From: Candidatus Poriferihabitaceae bacterium
GTDB lineage: Bacteria; Pseudomonadota; Gammaproteobacteria; Arenicellales; Poriferihabitantaceae
NCBI GenBank assembly: GCA_965261915.1
Contig: CBDHDW010000013.1
Coordinates: 2,804,561 to 2,868,560 of the forward strand
DNA: 64,000 nucleotides
Direction of reading: 5' to 3'
Of the stretch, positions 59,299-64,000 are shown one piece after another. A program made the position numbers and the translations under genes. The notes under the pieces were generated by a model. That model was not told where the DNA came from. It did no database searches and saw only the letters and a program-made list of their open reading frames with translations. Position 1 is the first letter of the stretch. Every line of letters begins with the position of its first letter.

Positions 59299-60081
59299 AT
59301 GATGCCATCAAATGAACAAGCCCGTGGTCACCGTCTGGCAGGAAAAACTGCTTTAATTACCGGTGGACGCCAAGGCATCGGCAGAGCCATTGTCGATCGA
59401 TTTATGCTTGAAGGTTCCACTGTTATGACTTGTGGACGAGGGCCAAGACCAGAAGATTTACCCGATGAAGTGGCATGGGAGACCACCGACATATCCAGTT
59501 TGAATGATGTGAAAGCACTCAAAAGTCAGTTCGAGGCGAAGATTGGCCAGATGACCACGCTCGTTAATAATGCCGGAATTCAAATCGAAAAGACAATCAC
59601 TGACACCACTGACGAAGACTGGGATGCGTTGATGGGTACCAATGCGAAGGGGGTATTTTTAACTTGCCGGGAGTGTATTCCCGAAATGGTGCAGGGTGGG
59701 TCGATCATAAATATTGGTTCCATCTCCGGCAATACTGCTGACCCCGGCCTGGCGCTCTATAACGCCTCTAAAGCGTTTGTTCATGGCCTGACCCGCTCCA
59801 TTGCTGTAGATCACGGCCCTGGTGTTCGCTGTAATGCGATTTCCCCGGGATGGATTATGACGGCGATGGCTGATGCTGCATTTGCCGTGGCAGACGATGC
59901 CGAGCGTGCGAAAGAAGATGCTATGGCCAGACATCCAGTGGGGCGATTTGGTGAGCCAGGTGACATCGCTTCGTTGGCGGTATGGCTGGCTTCAGATGAG
60001 GCAAGTTTCGCGACCGGCCAATGTTATACCCTGGATGGTGGCATGACTTCAGCATCACCGCTGAATCCGGGTTTGTTTTAA
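59299..60081 (+). CDS. short-chain dehydrogenase/reductase
   Basis: TALITGGRQGIGRAI, NNAG, YNASK catalytic motif; 260 aa. Confidence 0.88.
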   Translation: MMPSNEQARGHRLAGKTALITGGRQGIGRAIVDRFMLEGSTVMTCGRGPRPEDLPDEVAWETTDISSLNDVKALKSQFEAKIGQMTTLVNNAGIQIEKTITDTTDEDWDALMGTNAKGVFLTCRECIPEMVQGGSIINIGSISGNTADPGLALYNASKAFVHGLTRSIAVDHGPGVRCNAISPGWIMTAMADAAFAVADDAERAKEDAMARHPVGRFGEPGDIASLAVWLASDEASFATGQCYTLDGGMTSASPLNPGLF

Positions 60082-60210
60082 CGGTTTAAGCATTTCACCA
60101 GGGTAACTTTATGAATAACATCAAGCGCGTCGGGATACTTGTCTTAAGATAGAAATTTGATATCCCAGTCGAAGGTGGCGAATCAGTTTGTATCGAGTTG
60201 CCGCTTGAAT

Positions 60211-60495
60211 TCAGCTAAAAAGATTTTTTTGTGTTTCATTGAACACCATTGGTGGGCGGATTTTCACAACGTTGTAGTGCATCCCGTCTATTCCTGCCAG
60301 GATGCGATTGTTTCGCAGTCCGTTAACAATGGGTTTTGTTTTTTCGGCCGCTGGTTTCTTATTGTCTTTACTTTCGACTATTTCCACGCCGACAAACAAA
60401 CCGCTCCCGCGTATGTCGCCGAGTATTGGAGATTGATCAGCCAGAATTGATAACCCCCCTTTTAACATACCGCCTATATGTTTGGCATTGTCCAT
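60211..60495 (-). pseudogene. class III aminotransferase C-terminal fragment
   Basis: ILGDIRGSGLFVGVEIV...NVVKIRPPMVF is the conserved C-terminal segment; 94 aa only. Confidence 0.55.
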
Positions 60496-60639
60496 GAGGT
60501 TTTCCTTATTCGCGGTGTTCCTGTTACTGGATCAAACATACTGGTTTCTGGTGGTGCTGGCGGTAACACTGCCAATATTGTGGACAATGCTGTTATGGAT
60601 GCTGTATCAGCGATATCGATAAAAAAAACTGAAGAGCAG

Positions 60640-61638
60640 TCATCCAGCAACCCGATCCAGTGTCGAAGCGATTTTCCTGCTCGGAAACACCTCCTTAAGC
60701 GGGGGGGGGCCTGCGTGCCATTCACTCAGAGCATGCTTCTGAACGAAGCTGTTCATTACAGGAAGCTCCAGTTCTGACAGTACCGCATTCTTGCCAATGC
60801 CATCATGTCGTTCTGTTTTGAGTCGTGCGATCAGGCACGGCAGTCCCATGCAGGCAGCCTCTTCCTGGTTGCTGCCACCATCGGTAACCAGAAAGCGCGA
60901 GGATTTCAGCAGGGCAATAAAGGGGATGTAGCTCATCCTGTCCATCAGTTTCACGCCTTGGTTTTCCAAGCGGTTGGTCCAAGCGGTTGGTCCAACCGGT
61001 TTGATGTAATTTTCGACGGGTCACCGGATGCATTACGAACTTGACATGAATGGTAGCGGATAGTGAAAAAACGAATTCCATGAGCAAATCGAATCGTTTG
61101 CGACTGGATAGATTTTCATGCCTGTGTAGCGAAACAACACAATAAGGCTCTCCGCTCAACGGATTTGAATTCGCACTTGAAATCGCAATTCGCAGGGAAT
61201 CCAGAATGGTATTCTCTCCTGTGTCGATTATCGACGCGGCTGGAACGCGGTTGTTGGTAAGATTTTTTACCGCATTTTCACCCGGGGCATAAAAAGTGGT
61301 TGAGAGTTTTGAAACCAGGATTCGGATAATTTCTTCTGGAAAGGGATTCAGAATATCAAACGAGCGGAGGCCGGCCTCGATATGAACAACAGGAATTTTT
61401 CTCTTCCTGCCGAGCAGTGCGCCCAGCAAAGCAGCTTTTGCTTCGAGTCCGCCTCGTGGTTGGGAACCAGGATGTCATCCGGACTGGAAAGGCAAAACCC
61501 AGTTATCAGGTCATCCACGGTTTCGCTGTGTTGCCCTGTCAGGACAAACTTGTGAGCGATCTCCCTGTTCCTCAGTTCAATCAGGACAGGCGCCATTTTA
61601 ACCAGTTGTGCCTTCGTACCAACCAGTATGATATGCAT
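60640..61638 (-). pseudogene. UDP-N-acetylglucosamine 2-epimerase (WecB-like), at least two frame breaks
   Basis: Three consecutive ORFs in different frames: MHIILVGTKAQLVKMAPV..., IPVVHIEAGLRSFDILNPFPEE..., FLVTDGGSNQEEAACMGLPCL. Confidence 0.75.
60966..60991. repeat. 13-bp tandem duplication CCAAGCGGTTGGT x2 inside the wecB-like pseudogene
   Basis: Read directly; lies exactly at the junction of ORFs 60803-61429 and 60640-60969. Confidence 0.9.
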
Positions 61639-62101
61639 GGGTAACCGGCCAGCAGTTATTCAGAAGTCTTCTTTGTCAAACCGCTACGAATTTCCGAACG
61701 ATCAACCGACTGGTGATGAAAGGCGGAAATCTGCTCGGCGATAATTCCAATGAGAAAAATTAGCAGTGAGGCAAGAAACAGGATTGCGCTCATATTTGTC
61801 AGGTGGTGGGCGGTATAGTATCCCATGACGAACATGAAATTGTCTGAGGAAATCCAGCGCAGATGACCCGAATGTAGCTGATACGTCAGTGTCTAGATCG
61901 TCGCCGATCATGCAGACCTGGTTGCTGGATTCCCGAGTCAAAGGGTGCAAAGGGTGTATTCGGTTTTCATCGGGTTATTTTAACATTAAACTACAAAAAT
62001 CAAAGAAATTGCGTTGTTTGATCTTGAGCTTTGGAACCGTAATAATTGAATTCGTTCCAATAATTACTCTGAAATTGCTATGTGGTGGCAACAGGTGGAT
62101 T

Positions 62102-63349
62102 TCAGGAAATGATATTTTCCATGGAACTCAGGAAACTTTTAATTTCTTCAATTGAATTGTAGTGACACATGGAAACGCGAACACAGGTTTCCATGTCTAG
62201 TGGAGTTAAAATATTGCCTGAAAAATAGTCATTTTTTCTAACATGTGTGCGAATGCCATCGTCGTTGAGCTTGCTGACCACATCTGCCGACGGTACGTTG
62301 TCCACTGCCAGTGAAACCAGTCCTTGCCGATGTGGGTTGTCTGCACCACCGACGATATAGACACGAGGCATGTCACGCAATCCGCGCTGTCCTTCGACAC
62401 CGTTGATCATTGCATCGACCAATCCTGCTTCATGTTCGGCCATGGCATGTCCTGCGGCGATGAGCCTGGTGCGCCGATCGGCACTGTCTGTACACTGACT
62501 TCCCAGCCAGTCCAGATAATTAACGACTTCAGAAAAAGTGGCGTATGCAGAGGTATCTCGGGTGCCGAGTTCCCAAAAATCTGCAGCGGTGCCATCCAGA
62601 TGATCATGCTCTAGCGTACTCATTCGCGGAGAAACCCAGGCGACACCATAGTTATGCCTGGAGAAAACTTTATAAGCGGAAACTGCACAGGCATCGATAT
62701 CGTAATCCGAAACATCAAGCGCGCCGTGTGCGGCATGCTGGATACAGTCTGCGATGATGAAACAGTCTGGCGACACCGCTCGAATGACGTTCACCACCGC
62801 TTTGACATCCACTGCCATGCCGCTCACCGGACTGGTTTGAATAATGGTCGCTACTCTAGTTTCAGAATTGACGTGTCGTTTATAATCCTCTGCGCTAATC
62901 ACCGTAGTATCACGATCATGTGGAATGGCAATATAGTGTTTGCTGGCAATACCTGCCCATCGCTTACACGCACTAACTGTTGCGGGGTGTTCAAGTGTGC
63001 TGCCGACAACATTGCCACCGGATTCTGCACCGAGTACGGCGGCACTGACCAGACGAAACAATAATTCAGTTCCGCTTTCTCCAACGAATACCAGTCCATC
63101 TTCAGCACCCAGAAAACACATCATATCCTGACGTGCTTTAGAAATTATCCGAACCAATTCGTGAGAAGCGGCATTGTCTCGCCCTTGATTGTCCGGGATT
63201 GCTGACAGATGCGTATTTACGTCGACAACCGATTTGAGCGTTAGTGAGCCGCCGGCATTTTCAAAAAATGCTCGCGGACCATGATATGGACAGGAATCTG
63301 CATGGTGAAACCGGTCTCGTATTTGTTTCAGCAGGTCGGCAGTAAACAT
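62102..63349 (-). CDS. class V-fold PLP-dependent aminotransferase / cysteine desulfurase-like enzyme
   Basis: 415 aa; SAYKVF (PLP-Lys context), HH...FENAGG N-terminal pattern. Confidence 0.7.
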   Translation of the reverse strand: MFTADLLKQIRDRFHHADSCPYHGPRAFFENAGGSLTLKSVVDVNTHLSAIPDNQGRDNAASHELVRIISKARQDMMCFLGAEDGLVFVGESGTELLFRLVSAAVLGAESGGNVVGSTLEHPATVSACKRWAGIASKHYIAIPHDRDTTVISAEDYKRHVNSETRVATIIQTSPVSGMAVDVKAVVNVIRAVSPDCFIIADCIQHAAHGALDVSDYDIDACAVSAYKVFSRHNYGVAWVSPRMSTLEHDHLDGTAADFWELGTRDTSAYATFSEVVNYLDWLGSQCTDSADRRTRLIAAGHAMAEHEAGLVDAMINGVEGQRGLRDMPRVYIVGGADNPHRQGLVSLAVDNVPSADVVSKLNDDGIRTHVRKNDYFSGNILTPLDMETCVRVSMCHYNSIEEIKSFLSSMENIIS

Positions 63350-63477
63350 GGGTTTTATTTCGCTTCTTCAATAGGTGCTTTTAGCAGATGATTTGCCTGC
63401 GGAGAAAGACCAATCACCGATTGTATCTTGATCCGGTAATGGTTGATTGGAAGATACATCGGCTTTAGCCCGTTGTT

Positions 63478-64000
63478 CTATCCAAACATACCCTTCAGGG
63501 TGAAGAAGAACAATGCAGCCAGAATTCCGCCTACCGGTAAAGTAATCAGCCAGGAAAGGAATACACCGCCGACAACACGCAAGTCTATGGCGCCAACGCC
63601 GCGAGCCATACCAACACCGATGACCCCGCCCACAGCGATTTGTGTGGTTGAAACCGGTAACCCGGTTCGTGACGCGATAACAACAGTAGCGGCTGCCGCG
63701 AGTGTGGCGCAAAAGCCATTGGTTGGGGTGAGTGGTGTGATTTTTGATCCGATGGTTTGCATAACCCGGTAGCCCATGGTGGCCAGTCCCAAAATAATGC
63801 CTCCTCCACCGAGAAATAAAATCCACAGCGGCAGCACTGATTTTTGCGCCAATTCTCCTCCTGAACTTACAATACTCACCACCGCAGCCAGCGGTCCGAT
63901 GCCATTGGCGACGTCGTTTGAGCCATGAGCAAAAGCCATTGCACTCGCGGTGAACAACATCATTGGTGTAAACACTTTTTCGACACTGGCGAAATGAAAA
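63478..64000 (-). CDS. PiT-family inorganic phosphate transporter, 5' end outside window
   Basis: AFAHGSNDVANGIGP signature, polytopic; ORF open to the window end. Confidence 0.85.
   Translation of the reverse strand, partial: FHFASVEKVFTPMMLFTASAMAFAHGSNDVANGIGPLAAVVSIVSSGGELAQKSVLPLWILFLGGGGIILGLATMGYRVMQTIGSKITPLTPTNGFCATLAAAATVVIASRTGLPVSTTQIAVGGVIGVGMARGVGAIDLRVVGGVFLSWLITLPVGGILAALFFFTLKGMFG

Noticed and set aside
63368-63826. 152-aa and other ORFs overlapping the PiT gene in alternative frames
   Set aside because: The PiT frame has the GSNDVANG signature and membrane topology. The alternative frames are Arg/Trp-rich shadows.

Overview
64-kb window from an IS-laden bacterial chromosome. 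The gene content looks gammaproteobacterial, but that is inference only. All functional calls come from motif recognition by eye on the supplied ORF translations; no searches were run.

LEFT ARM
- A Wzm/Wzt-like polysaccharide ABC exporter, followed by a decayed IS1595-family element.
- Two inverted copies of a 2.1-kb three-ORF IS. The copy at 3500-5623 is intact. The copy at 21492-25164 is split by a nested IS5-family element.
- These two copies bracket 15.9 kb that holds:
  - an aminoethylphosphonate cluster, phnW-[phnA remnant]-phnY-LysR
  - divergent ilvY/ilvC
  - a modF-like gene
  - a gene graveyard: selD, hsdR, type III mod, aqpZ, IS5 and IS256 fragments, plus an apparently intact hicBA pair

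CENTRE
An island of about 19 kb (about 28.4-47.4 kb) is visibly more AT-rich than its flanks. All its genes are on the minus strand, and it is bounded by a 5'-truncated ribA and a 3'-truncated moeB/thiF. It carries stacked defence-type modules:
- an OLD/PARIS-like ABC-ATPase-Toprim fusion
- a zeta-like P-loop kinase plus a small ORF
- an AAA ATPase plus a small putative PD-(D/E)xK protein
- a 19-bp tandem array and a hairpin-flanked GIY-YIG gene
- a translationally coupled five-gene operon: SPPY DNA MTase, a protein with two GHKL modules and a histidine-kinase-like core, a receiver-like protein with a HEPN Rx4H motif, a 1170-aa type IIG/PglX-like NPPY MTase, and a TPR plus transmembrane protein
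- vapBC
- a 1114-aa PLD-SNF2 helicase

The five-gene operon, possibly together with the PLD-SNF2 gene, is my best candidate for an undescribed system. Decayed copies of one MTase 3' end and a dRS3-like palindromic repeat sit at the module junctions.

RIGHT ARM
glpD, TRAP dctPQM, a flavin monooxygenase-like gene, ytoQ, a CntA-like Rieske oxygenase, an SDR, a class V aminotransferase and a partial PiT transporter, interspersed with many gene fragments.

No tRNA, rRNA or CRISPR array was recognised.
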